A stretch of DNA of 64,000 nucleotides from Octopus sinensis. Its lineage: Eukaryota. Of this stretch, positions 39,271 through 52,287 are shown piece by piece. Where the stretch lies: positions 2,294,001-2,358,000 of the forward strand of contig NC_043022.1 in assembly GCF_006345805.1 (NCBI RefSeq). Direction: 5' to 3'. The notes under the pieces were generated by a model. It made no database searches. It was given only the letters and a program-made list of their open reading frames with translations, and had not been told where the DNA came from. Position 1 is the stretch's first letter; each line of letters begins with the position of its first letter. The translations under genes were made by a program, and so were the position numbers.

Positions 39271-40721
39271 CTCCTTTGGCTACTCTAATCTTTGGTTATT
39301 TATCTGGTGTCTTTCCCTGCGATATGTTCTTGATAAACAGTTGTCTTCTATCAAGTATAATTCTTTGAAATGTCAACAAAACGATGAAGACCAAAAGGCA
39401 TAGTCTGTAACCCAATGTACTTGTGATTGATCTAATTAGTCCAGGACAAGTCTTCCTTGGTTTACATGTAATATTGTTACCCGCTCGCTACCTTCAGCCT
39501 TCACACCCACCACGTATCATCTATTCATTTGCATGGCTGTGTGGTTAGGAAGTTCACTTTGCAACCACATGCTGGTTCAATCCCACTGCACAGTACCTTG
39601 GTCAGATATTTCCAACTATAATCTTGAACTGACCAAAGCCTCTGACTGGATTTGGTTGACGGAAACTAAAAGGATCATATTATGTGTGTGTTTGTGTCAC
39701 CTTACCTTGACATGGCACACTAATTGATATGGTTCCAGGTTCAATCCCACTACGTGGCATGCTGGACAAGTGCCTTACTACTGTAACCTCAAGCTGACCA
39801 AAGCCTTGTGAGTAGGTTTGGTAGACGGAAACCAAAAGAAGCCTGTTGTGTATGTGTCTTTGTGTTAGTATCCCCGTAATTTAGCTATTAAAACTGTCAA
39901 TAGTTTTCAGTCTCAGTTTGCAGTTGTCTTTTTTTTTTTTTAGTTTCCCTGGATTCCTCCACTGCACCCATAATGCACCAGTTGTTTGTTCTGACCACAG
40001 AGAATTGAGTTCCTGTCAGCACTTTTTCCTACTTTCAAACAAGTTTTGTTGGGATGGGGTTCATTACTGTTTTCTTAACAAACTTCCTGGTTCATTTGAA
40101 GGCCCCTTGACCAAAACTCACTCTTCCTAGTGTTTATCATCTGCTGTTGTTGGATTTATTTTGCAACGTGAATCAGGCTATTGATAGAAGACAGCAGAAA
40201 AAAGAAAACCTTGCATACTAGCCTCTAAAACTAGGAAGAAATATCTGAGATCAGATATTTCTTCCAGCTTCGTTGATGAGCCAATTAGGGAACCTCTTTG
40301 TGGTTGTTCAGTTTGTCAGAAGTAACAGTTAAATCTTTACCTTCAAAAAATAAGGACAAATTAATCTTTAATACATTATGTCTGCAAAAAAGGGAGAAAA
40401 TGGTATTAATGCTGGAATGCCTTTGATCAAAGCTGGTCTGGGAGCTAAACCATAGTTCTGTATATTACAGCATTCTCCAACTGAGGTTTCCGCAGAGTCC
40501 AAGGGCTCTTAGAAAGAGTTAATAGGGATTCCTTGAGAAATATCTCATCCTTGTGATAAGCTTATTACATGCCAATGCAGTTTTGTTCATTCTCTATTCG
40601 TAATTTTGTTATATAAATGTAAGATCCAAGGGTCAAGGTGTAGGAAGAAAGTTAGCTTCAAGCAAACTATAGAAAAGATATAAAAACACAACTCTTGTGA
40701 GCAATAGTGGTTTCTTTAGGA

Positions 40722-41243
40722 GAAATCGATCAATGGAAATTGCAGATGTGTTACCAGTGCCGGTGGCATGTCGAAACTCTACTTGTGAAGACCTGTTGAG
40801 GCAAGTGAGGATCAGAATCGAAATTGATCAATGGAAATTGCAGATGTGTTACCAGTGCCAGTGGCATGTAAGAGAACCTTCCGTTTTGTGACCGTTGCCA
40901 GCGCCGCCCCAACTGGCCTCGTGCCGATGGCACGTAAAAAGCACCATCCGTTTGTGTCCGTTGCCAGCCTCGCCTGGCCCTCGTGCCGGTGGCACATAAA
41001 AAGCACCATCCGTTCGTGGCCGTTTGCCAGCTCTGTCTGGCACCAGTGCGGGTGGCACGTAAAAAGCACCCACTACACTCTCGGAGTGGTTGGCATTAGG
41101 AAGGGCATCCAGCTGTAGAAACACTGCCAGATTTGACTGGGCCTGATGAAGCCTTCTGGCTCCAGAGACCCCAGTAGAACCGTCCAACCCATGCTAGCAT
41201 GGAAAACGGACGCTAAACAATGATGATGATGATGATGATGATG
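40722..41243 (+). mobile_element. (GAT)n-tailed SINE/RTE-related repeat with internal GGTGGCACGTAAAAGCACC subrepeats
   Basis: GGTTGGC.TTAGGAAGGGCATCCAGC motif and CCATGCTAGCATGGAAAACGGACG-(GAT)n end; also at ~28215-28515, 55640-55920 and 53450-53655. Confidence 0.75.
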
Positions 41244-41854
41244 AAGGTTGTAGATTTTTTTTTTCCATATTGAAGTATGGTAAGCTGAAAAAATGTTTTA
41301 TATTTCACAATAGGCAGGTAGAGTTGCCAGGTATGTGAATAAAATACAAGAGGTAATGAATGGAGTAGATAATATCCAGGCTACTAGATAAAATGATATC
41401 TAGCAGATAATATAAGGTGGTGAGATGGGTAGAAACGTTAGCACACTGGGCAAAATGCTTAGCAGTATTTTGTCTGTCTTTATGTTCTGAGTTCAAATTC
41501 CGCTGAGGTCACCTTTGCCTTTCATCCTTTTGGGGTCATTAAATTAAGTACCAGTTACTTGCTGGGATCAATCTAATCAACTGGCCCCTCCCCCCAAAAA
41601 ATTTCAGGCCTTGCACCTAGAGTAGAATAGATGATATCTGGGCTACATGTGTTTCATAATGAGCAGAACCTTAGAAGTAGTAAATATCCAAGTGAGGTGT
41701 ATACTACAGGCTACTCTTCAGGCCAAGGGTATCTTGATTAATATATATATATATATATATATATGGTATATTCCATAAAGTAGAGAAATCCTGATATCTC
41801 TATATAATAAGATGCTTTGTGTTTCTTTCAATTACTTTAGATATAACAAAGAAT

Positions 41855-42061
41855 CGGTGGATGCACGCAGTTGTCAAGCAGTACCCGCGTGAGCGGGAAA
41901 GACCACCCGGAAGACCTCCACGACGGTGGAGTTAAGATTTCAAGAGGATGATTGGGATCACGTGGATGAGAAAGGCGTGATCCAGAGAGGTGGACAGCAT
42001 GCTGTGACCAGCGGTGTCAAATGGACGCCTGACGGACTGGTCGGTCAAGGTGATCAAGGTG
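41855..42061 (+). mobile_element. 5'-truncated RTE-clade LINE inserted in a piggyBac-like MITE
   Basis: RWMHAVVKQYPRERERPPGRPPRRW motif, CAAGGTGAT repeat tail, 12-bp TSD ATAACAAAGAAT at 41843-41854 and 42062-42073. Confidence 0.8.
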
Positions 42062-42921
42062 ATAACAAAGAATTTAGTAAAATAACTTTGTTATCATTAA
42101 GCTAGTGTTAGGAACATAAATTGTGACTAAGGTTTGGTGGAAGATTTTAATTCAGAATTTTTTAAAACAAGACAATTGTACTACAGAGGTGGTTTCAGCT
42201 GGATTAGTAACAAAAGGGTTAATAGGCAACTGTTGGGGAATCTCATCTAAACAATCTGGGAAGAGAAAATTCCTTAAACCTCCTCTGTGGTGTTTGATGG
42301 ATTTAGCACTGACAAACCTTTCAAAGATGCTTCTGTGATTAATTTAATCTGTTATAAAAGGCATAAAACAAAAAGAAGATTAAGAAAGATATATATATAT
42401 AATAATTTTTATGCAGGGGTTTCCTGAGACCTGGAATGTATTTCAAGGGTTCCCCGAGAGTAATAAGTTTGGGAAATGCTGTTAGATGTTATTTAGGTCA
42501 CTCACTATTCTGATGCCAAATATAAACCTTAAAAGTTCTCTTGAAATATTGTGGAATCGGAATACATATCCGTGGATAATTTAATTACTTGCCATAGGAA
42601 ATGACTGGAGCTAATTCAACCAGAAAGTTTCCACATTGCAAAAGAAAACCAAATTTTAAATCCATATACAGGCATGGCTGTGTGGTAAGAAGCTTGCTTC
42701 TCAACCACATGATCCCAGGTTCAGTCCCACTGCATGGCAACTTGGGCAAGTGACTTCTACTATAGCCTTGGGCTGACCAAAGACCTGTGAGTGAATTTGG
42801 TAGACGAAAACTGAAAGAAGCCCATTGTATGTATGTGTGAGTGTGTGTGTGGCCTTCGGGCTCCCCAGACCCCAGTTGAACCGTCCAACCCATGCTAGCA
42901 TGGAAAACGGACGCTAAAGAG

Positions 42922-42958
<37 letters not shown>

Positions 42959-43063
42959 GATAGATGAGTGTATTTTTACCTTGTTAACAATTAACATGGA
43001 AAAAATATAAATAAATAGTTACCAGGGCAGCAAGATGTCTTATTGACGAGTTTCGTTTTTTTC

Positions 43064-43149
43064 ACTTTCCTGAGGAGAAGATTGCATTGTTTATACCATT
43101 TATTCTTTTGAATAGTATCAGTGGAATTTTCGAAACATGTGTCGAAAGT
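43064..43149 (+). ncRNA. Type I minimal hammerhead ribozyme motif
   Basis: Stem I ACTTTC/GAAAGT; core CTGAGGA 43070-43076; stem II GAAGATT..CATTG/CAGTG..AATTTTC; GAAAC-ATGT-GTC with predicted cleavage after C43143. Confidence 0.8.
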
Positions 43150-43190
43150 AAAAATATTTGATTACACCTGCGTTAACTCCATTTTTTTTA

Positions 43191-43227
<37 letters not shown>

Positions 43228-43499
43228 CACACATACATTTTTTTGTGTGTTTTTCTCTCCACCATCGTTTGACAACCAATGTTGGTGTGTTTACATCCCC
43301 ATAACTTAGCGGTTTGTTAAAAGTGACCCATAGAATAAGTGCTAGACTAACAAAGAATATGCTGGGGTCGATTTCTAAGACTAAAATCTCTTTAAGGTGG
43401 TGCCCCAGCATGGCTTTAGTCAGATGACCAAAACATTTCAAAGAGTAAAAGAATACTTCTTGGAACAAGGGTACTTCGTTGTGAATACCAAGTTTTAAT

Positions 43500-43914
43500 T
43501 ACTCTCTTTTACACGTTCCAGTCATTTGACTGGGGCCATACTGGAGCACTGCCTTTAGTCGAAGAAATCAACCCCAGGACTTATTCTTTGTAAGCTTAGT
43601 ACTTATTCTATTGGTCTCTTTTGCTGAGCCGCTAAATTTCAGGGACATAAACACACCAATATCAGTTCTCATGCGATGTTGGTGGGGACAAACAAAGATA
43701 CACACACACACACATCAATATATATACATACATATATATGTATATATATACGACAGGCTTCTTTGAATTTCCGTCTACCAAATCCACTCACAAGGCTTTG
43801 GACGCCCCGTGGCTATAGCAGATAACACTTGGCCAAGGTGCCATGCAGTGGGACTGAACCTGGAACCATGTGGTTGGGAAGCAAGCTTCTTACCATACAA
43901 TCATGCCTGTGCCT
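43500..43914 (-). mobile_element. Dominant CORE-type SINE copy
   Basis: Full-length match to the family. Confidence 0.8.
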
Positions 43915-44999
43915 ATAATTGCAAATGTTTTGCTGTCGCATAATTCATTTGAAACTATGCTCTAATTGATTCTTGATGTGAGTGTTCCTCAAACACATTT
44001 TATTTATGTGTCTTCATATTGAATGTTAAGCTACGTAAAGTTTAGTCATTGAAACTGAATTTTCAGATTGGAAACCAAACTTGCTTTATAGGTGCAGACA
44101 TAGCTGTTTGGTTAAGAAAGTCACTTAGCAAACCATGTGGTTGCAAGTTCAGTCCCGGTGTAGCACCTTGAGCAAGTGTCTTTTGTTGTAGCTTTGGGCT
44201 TGACCGATACCTCATGATTTGGTAGGTGGAAACTGGGGAAGCCATTACACACACACATATTGTGAGTAATCAGACTATCAGATGTTGTTATACATCGCTG
44301 GTCACAATGCGCTTTGCATCGTTTTTAGCCACCCTGTCGACCAGGCAAACCAGGCCAACATTGTCCCTGATTGGAAGTCTAGTCTGTTGCAGGGTGTGAC
44401 CCATTTACAGCTGAGTGGACTGGAGAAACCTGAAATAAAGTGTTTTGCTCAAGAGCACAACTACCACTCAGTCCAGGGTTCGAACCCATGATCACTAGAT
44501 TATGAATCTAACACGCTGACCACTAGACCATTCACCTTCACGCACATACACTCATTAACTGTATGTGTACCGTTGTCTTTGTATTTGCCCCCACCCACCC
44601 CCATGCTTGACAGCCAGTTTTTGTTTTTTTGTTTTTTTTACATCCCTGCAACGAGAGGTTGATACAATAAGCATCAGGCTTTTAAAAAGCACCGGGATTG
44701 ATAGATTCAACTAAAGCCCTTCAAGGCTGTATCCAAGGACATGAAACAACAGCTAAAATATAATGTATTGTGTAGCTGGACAGTCACGTTTCTAGTTTTA
44801 TTGCAAATTGTTTTCCTCGTAATTGATGTCATTGTGTCAGATAGGAAAAAAAAAAACATAGCTTAGTCTTGGTCTTGTAAACATAACAAAAGCAACGCCA
44901 TGCTATTTAGAATACACTTACGTCAACAGGAATCGTCCATTGAAAACAAATATTGCCTCATCAGCAACTTTTATTATTAGTCTTTTCATTGTTGCTCTT

Positions 45000-45385
45000 C
45001 GCTGTCAATGCTGGCCACGTTAACTCGTATCCGAGTAGTAGACATGTAGCTAGTGATTCAGCTTCTTCATCTGAATGGTTGCAAAGCGTGCCAGTGCCGG
45101 CTGTTAAGACGGAGGATGAGACAGAAGCACCGTGAGGGCATTTATTGCAAGAGAGAATTAGTGGGGGACGAGGAAGAAGTGTGAGTTGCTCTTTGCATCT
45201 TCTTCAACATCTGACTTCCACCTCTTGACGGCTGTTGTTTTCCATCAAGTCTGTTCTCTCAACGATGATGAGCCACCACTTTGGGTGGCCCTTGGCAATT
45301 GTCTCTCAGATATTTATGTCAACGGAGCAGTGGAGGAGAGTGGTCTTGAGCTGGTCTCAGAAATGGAATTAGGGGGCTTTTAGAT
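45000..45385 (-). mobile_element. Degenerate RTE-clade LINE 3' end
   Basis: Minus frame DQLKTTLLHCSVDINI*ETIAKGHPKWW...RRCKEQ...SCNKCPH resembles an RTE ORF C-terminus and contains stops. Confidence 0.5.
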
Positions 45386-46194
45386 GTATATCATTCATCT
45401 GCAATGTTTTACATCTACTTTTCCTTACTGGCATGGGTTGGATCGTGTGTTTTTTATTCATTTTTTTGAGACAGTGTCACTAATGCTATTAGTTATCTCT
45501 TATTACATGCATGGCTCAGTGGTTTGAGCATCAGGCTCACAATCCATGAGGTACTGAGTTTGATTCCCGGACCAGGCTGTGTGTTGTGTTCTTGAGCAAG
45601 ACACTTTATTCCATGTTGCTCCAGTTCAATCAGCTGTTGAAATGAGTTGTGACGTCACTGGTGCCAAGCTGTATCAATCAGCCTTTCCTTTTCCCTTGGA
45701 TAACATTGGTGGCATGGAGAATGGAGGTTGATATGCATGGGAAACTGCTGGTCTTCCATAAATATATGCATACAGAGTTATATTTAAATGTATTTAGTTT
45801 TGTTCTGAAATTAGGCCCCATGTTTAGATCATGGGCCTTTTTTGGGGCTCACCATGACCCACTTAGGGTTCCTTCCCTGGCTGCCTAACAATAGGAACAC
45901 AAAACTATTTTTAAAATGTATCAAGATTTTGAAAAGTACACTTCATTCATGGGTAAAGTATTTGCAGTTTTGCACCATTAGTTACCTGAATGTCATTGCC
46001 ACATGGGTTATAATCGTTATCCTCATTCTGCAGTTTGCAAAGGGGCAGCGAGCAAATTCTGATGAGTCTTTTAAGAAATCAAAATCAGTTGGTAATCCTC
46101 ACCTTCCAAGCTGTCACAATATCATATGATCCAACTACACAGTCCTAATTCCGCATCATAACTAAACATATATATTGATATGACTCCCTCTCCT

Positions 46195-46261
<67 letters not shown>

Positions 46262-46647
46262 CTCCTGTCTCTGTTTTTTTTAGCCTTAACACAGTCTTTC
46301 TGGTTTTATGGCTACATTCCTTGTGCATCCTCTGTTGAAGTGCTGCATAATTTATCATTGCCCTTCATCAATTACCAGTGGGCAAACGGGATTAACTTTT
46401 TACATCTTCCTCTCTGAAACAAACCAAAGCCAGTTGTCAAAGGTATTGTGAGGTGGTCAAACACACGCACTCACACACAGGGTAGGCTTCCACACAGGTT
46501 TCCATTTACCAAATTCACTCACAAGGTATTGGTTGGTCCAGGGTTATAGTGGGAGGCATTTGTCCAAGGTGCCATGCAGTGGGACAGAAAGCAAAACCAC
46601 ACATTTGGAAAGGGACCTTCTGAACCACAGAGCCATGGCTATACCTA

Positions 46648-46854
46648 TTCTTTTACTTGTTTCAGTCATTTGACTGTGGCCATGCTGGAGTACAGCCTTG
46701 AAGGGTTTTAGTCAAACAAATCGACTGCAGGGCATATTTTTTAAACCTAGTACTTATTCTATTGGTCTCTTTTCTGAACCGCTAAGTTACAGGAATGTAA
46801 ACACACCAACACTGATTGTCAAGTGGCGATGCAGGGACAAACACACACACACGA

Positions 46855-46903
<49 letters not shown>

Positions 46904-47072
46904 GACACACAAAGGTCTTCTTTCAATTTCTGTTTACCAAATCCACTCACAAGGCTTTGGTTGGCCCAAGGCTATAGTAGAAGACACTTGCCGAAGGTGC
47001 CATGCGGTGGGACTGAACCTGGGACCATCTGGTTGGGAAGCAAGCTACTTAGCACACAGCCACTCTTGCGCC
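46648..47072 (-). mobile_element. Dominant CORE-type SINE copy
   Basis: Full-length match to the family. Confidence 0.8.
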
Positions 47073-47547
47073 TTGTTCCCCCGCCCCTCTTTTATCATGC
47101 AATTGCTAGTCATAATCAAGTTTGAACAACGAACCATCATATTATTCTTACGTTGTTATAATATATCAACTACATTTGATGACCTCTAAGAAGATCGTTA
47201 ACTGCATACACTTATTAACGCATGTCCGCAAATCGTACGTCAGCCATTGTTGTAGTTGAGTTAATATTTAATTAAATATTGCAGTAGAGTTTTTAAAGTG
47301 CTCGTTAGTTTCAAAGTGAGTTGTAGTAGTTACTAATGGGAAATTATGTGCATAAATCCATTAGTTTTAAGTTTACATTGAGATAACTACTGACTAAATT
47401 GCTAACAAGCAAGGTGGTTGTGCTTAGAAAATTTCTGGAGCATAATTCCAGCAGCTAAATTTGCATTAGAGATTTGGGAGAAAATGGAAATTTAATGGGT
47501 ACTGCTGAATAAAACTTTATTATTATTATCATTATTATTATTGTCAG

Positions 47548-47586
<39 letters not shown>

Positions 47587-47587
<1 letters not shown>

Positions 47588-47973
47588 GAGTGAGAGAGCA
47601 GTTCATGCCATCAAAGTGACACTGGGGTAAAATACACGAAGCCCAATATACCCATCATGACTACCTGTCTGATAAGGGTACACCAGGCCCATGCATCACA
47701 ACGATATGTGCGCGACATGGTGATCTCATATCAAGATAAACCGCACATGACCTTGCAGGTGGGGCCCAGTTAGAATTTTCTTCAGGTCGAGTAACCCATC
47801 CCACTCGAAAGGTCCCTGAATAAGGGTTGTTTAAGGATGTTGAAAGAACCACCCATGTTTCCAGAGGTGAATTATTCAAACCCCAAAGAATCCCTCTCAA
47901 CACACAGCTATGATGCTCCCCCACTACTTCTGCTCGTGATCAGAGATGCACATATCGTCAGTCACTAAGGGAC
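47587..47973 (-). mobile_element. Retroposon 3' fragment inserted in an (ATT)n microsatellite
   Basis: About 390 bp of GC-richer sequence sharply bounded on both sides by (ATT)n. Confidence 0.55.
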
Positions 47974-47999
47974 TATTATTATTATTATTATTATTATTA

Positions 48000-48570
48000 T
48001 GGTGGGAAGCTGGACAAAATGCTTAGCAACATTTCACCAGTCTTCGTCTTTATGTTCTGAGCTCAAATTCTGCCGTGGTTCATTTTGTCTTTCATCTTTT
48101 CGGGGTCAGTGAAATAAATACCAGTCAAGTACTGGGGTTTTTGTATTCGACTTAAACTCTCCCCCAAAATTGCTGGCCCTGTGCTGAAATTTGAAACCAC
48201 CATCATCATCATACCGGGTAAAATGCTTAGTGGTATTTCATCTGCTGTTACGTTCTGAGTTCAAATTCCGCTGAGATCGACTTTGCCTTTCATCCTTTTG
48301 GGGTCGATTAAATAAGTACCAGTTATACACTTAATCAACTTAATCCGTTTGTCCTTGTTTGTCCCCTCTGTGTTTAGCCCCTTGTGGGTAGTAAAGAAAT
48401 AGGTATTTTACCCACCACTATGTTCTGAGTTCAAATTTTGCTGAGTTTGACTTTGCCTTTCATCCTTTTAGTGTCAATGAGTTAAGTACCAGGCAAGTAC
48501 TGGGGTCGTTGTGATCGACTTACTCCCTCCCCACAAATTTCAGGCCTTTGTGCCTACAGTAAAAAGGATT
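48000..48570 (+). mobile_element. Cluster of 3 tandem or nested Meta-core SINE copies between (ATT)n tracts
   Basis: Same core repeated three times. Confidence 0.75.
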
Positions 48571-49020
48571 ATTATTATTATTATTATTATTATTATTTAC
48601 TACAACTAATACCTATATAACAAGCAAAGATAAGACTCTGTAACACCAGCTTTAGACTAACAAACTCTGTAATTTTTGTAGTAGTTGTATATTAGTCATT
48701 TCTTATTTAATCTATATAAAGAAAAATGCAATAAGATAAATGTGTGTGGAATGGCTAATTTCCTTTTTACATTTACTGCTTCAGATAACAACTGATTTTC
48801 CAGTTGGTTCTATTTTTGGAACATTAGAGTTGTCCAGCTGTCATATTTTCCTTTTTTTCTGAAAAAAATTTGTGCTGTGCCAATTCAGCTTGCTAACCAC
48901 ATAATGTCGAGCTAGCTATAAATTTTTGGACAATGTTGCATTTTTTGACAGTTCTTTTTTTTTTCTTTTAAAACATTTGTTCTTTCTCAGTATACTGAAG
49001 AAACTATACACCTCGTGCAT

Positions 49021-49430
49021 ATAGGCATAGGAGTGACTGTGTGGTAAGTAGCTTGTTTACCAACCACATGGTTCCAGGTTCAGTCCTACTGCGTGGCACC
49101 TTGGGCAAGTGTCTTCTACTATAGCCTCGGGTCGAACAAAGCCTTGTGAGTGGATTTGGTAGACGGAAACTGAAAGAAGCCCATCGTATATATGTATATT
49201 ATGTGTGTGTGTGTATATGTTTGTGTGTCTGTGTTTGTCCCCCCCAACATCACTTGACAACCGATGCTGGTGTGTTTACGTCACCGTAACTTAGCGGTTC
49301 GGCAAAAGAGACCGATAGAATAAGTACTAGGCTTACAAAGAATAAGTCCTGGGGTTGATTTTATCGACCAAAGGCGGTGCTCCAGCATGGCCACAGTCAC
49401 ATGACTGAAACAAGTAAAAGAGTAAAGAGA
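49021..49430 (+). mobile_element. Dominant CORE-type SINE copy
   Basis: Full-length match to the family. Confidence 0.85.
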
Positions 49431-51322
49431 GTCTTGTTGAAAATTTTCTAAGTTAAAAGCCTAGTCTTGTAACGATTCCATTACTGAACAGAAAAGACTG
49501 AATAAGAGAAGGGATTCTTTTTTTCTTTACAGTAGAGAATGAATGTAAGCGATGTTAGTATGATTCTTGTGGTATCCTGCATTTCAGGACTGGTTGACCA
49601 GTGCATTTCTGTGCACCTTCAGTCTTATATTGCAGCTGGTTATAGTAGTAGACTCGTGACAATTTAAGTTTCCCAAATACATATAATGATGATAGACAGT
49701 TGATGATAGGGACATTATCTGTCCCCACGCTCATATATAATGAAACTTTTACAATGACTCTGAGCTCAGATGAAGTTCAGCACCTTGTTTGCTTGACCAA
49801 TTTCAGTCATATTACATAATATATTAGTGAAAGTGCAGACATAACTGTGTATGGTGTTTTGGGTTCAGTCCCGTTCTCTGGTACTTTGAACAAGTGTCTT
49901 CTTCTGTAGCCCTCGGTCAGCCACTGCTTTGTGAATGAACTTGGTAGACACAGACTGTATGAGCTCATTATGTGTACAACATTGTTTCATCATTTCCCCA
50001 ACTTTTCCATGCTTGCATGGGTTCAAAGGAATTCCATGAGCCAGATTTTCTACAGCAAGATGCCCTTCTGTTGCCAATCTGTTTCCAATCAAGGTAATAT
50101 TTGCCCATGGCCAAACATTTTTTCATGGAATTATCATCATCATCATCGTTTAACGTTCGTTTTCCATGCTAGCATGGGTTGGACGATTTTGACTTGAGGG
50201 CTGACGAACCAGATGGCTGCACCAGGCTCCAATCTTGATTTGGCAGAGTTACTACAGCCGGATGCCCTTCCTAATGCCAACCACTCCGAAAGTGTAGACA
50301 CCACTCATATGACAGTGACACTTGTTTACAGCTACCAGGATGTGAAGGCAAGGGAACACTAACATGCACTCATGAAAGGCTTCTTTCAGTTTTCATCTTC
50401 CAAAACCACTAACAAGGCTTTGGTTGGTCTGGGTCTACAGTAGAAGTTACTTGCCCCTGAAACTACTTGGTTAAGAAACAAAACCTCTTTACCATGCAGC
50501 CATGTCTGTGTACCCTTGAGTGTTTTGCAGCCCATGTATTATTATGGCCGGGTTCCAACACAGGCTTCAGCAACAAAGTCCACCAGCTACACTTCTCGGT
50601 CCATCATCACTGTCTCGAGATCCTGGATACATTCCAGGCCAATGTCTGTAATCAAGTTACCAATGTAAGTGTGATAGTCCGTGCCTGTATAAAAATAGCA
50701 CTAAGCTGCAAAGGAGGGGACTTTTATTGCTGAGTCCCTGTCAGCAAAGCATCCGCTAGTTCTGTGCTTTCAAAGACACACAGAATGAAATGAAAACCTC
50801 CTAATTGAGAGCCTGGTATGGGTTTAATAACTGGAGGGCAATCTGGATGTAAAACAATGTCTCAGTAATATATACTCATCTTTCCCATGCTGGCATGGAA
50901 AAATGGAAGTAAAACAGAACGAATGACATAAAGGTTCATAACATGTACATTATATTATATTGCACACCTAGAAATACATGGGAATGTTTATGGGACAAGA
51001 CACAAATACTGTAACTCTTCCTGTATGCATGTATAAATGTGTATGTGTAATCTTTATGCACTCTAGATTCATTGTCTGTTTTATCTGTCCCATGTCTCTT
51101 GTATCATACAAACCTATCTCTTGGACTACAGAGACAAAATATCATGGTGAGAATACTTTATTAACAAAGACAACATCTGGTTTCTCAAGTTTGTTTCCCA
51201 TTCTGTAACCCTTGACATGTTTTTTCCTTCCTTTCACATCCTGCTCAGACTTTCTCTCAGATAACAGAATTCAAACCATGACACAGAGTTCAGACATTTG
51301 GAGCTATGTCGTATTTGTTCCA

Positions 51323-51380
<58 letters not shown>

Positions 51381-52287
51381 TGCTCTCTCTCTCTCCTGCC
51401 CCCTCTCTCAAATACTGCCGATGTCAACTCTGCTTTTTAACCCTTTTAAATTAAGTGCCAGTTCTGTACTTGGGTTGGTTCCTCCCTATTTTTCCTTACC
51501 CCCTCTCTCTCTTCTGCTCCTTCTCCCAAATCACCCCCTCTCCTCTCAAATAACCAACTGTGGTCAGATCCAGAGATTAATTGGCCCTGCCAGATCTAAA
51601 AATTCCCCCCTGGACACACCCTATGCTGCATCATCTTGAGGGTATGACATTCACTTATGTCAGTTTGTTCTAATGTCAGCCAGTTCCTGAAGCCTATCCT
51701 TAGCTTACAAAAGAGTTGCTATGTAGACACTTGACCTGTTCTGTGCTGTTGCTTGACCTGCTATGCAATTACTTGACCTGTTAAAAATAGCAGCCGGTTC
51801 TCCACATCACATCCTGTTGCTGTAAAACAAAACAAACCAAAAAAAAAAAAACCCAAAAAGTGGACCGAGATACATTGGATAATTGTAGTCCTAGGTATAC
51901 TTTCACAAAATTACAGGACATTTATGATAGGTCTTGCTCGCTAAGAGTTCACTCGAGGATAAATTGCAACAACAACAACAACAACCACAGACATTGTGTA
52001 GTTGCTCTCAGTCAGCCTTGATAGAGTAGACCAATCTAGCTGAAGTCGTTTTTCGGTTGCTGTTGCTAATACTTTCCAAATACCACTTTATTCGGTGCAG
52101 TCAGTTTTGCCTCCAGGCGTGTCGTCTTGTTTCAATGTGCTGACTGAATCGGATGGTACAAGAGAGAAGAGATGTGACTGCTTAAACTCTAATCTCCTCT
52201 AAATCCTAATCCCAAAATGATTAGTAGATTTCTTTTGAAAAGAAAAAGAAAGAAAGAAAAAAAAAATAAATAATGAGAGATGAATTA

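Noticed and set aside
44953-45135. ORF resembling a signal-peptide neuropeptide precursor
   Set aside because: Starts at TTG, lacks dibasic cleavage sites, and overlaps a degenerate RTE LINE on the opposite strand.
46059-46090. CTGATGAG...GAAA motif
   Set aside because: Stems I-III cannot be formed.
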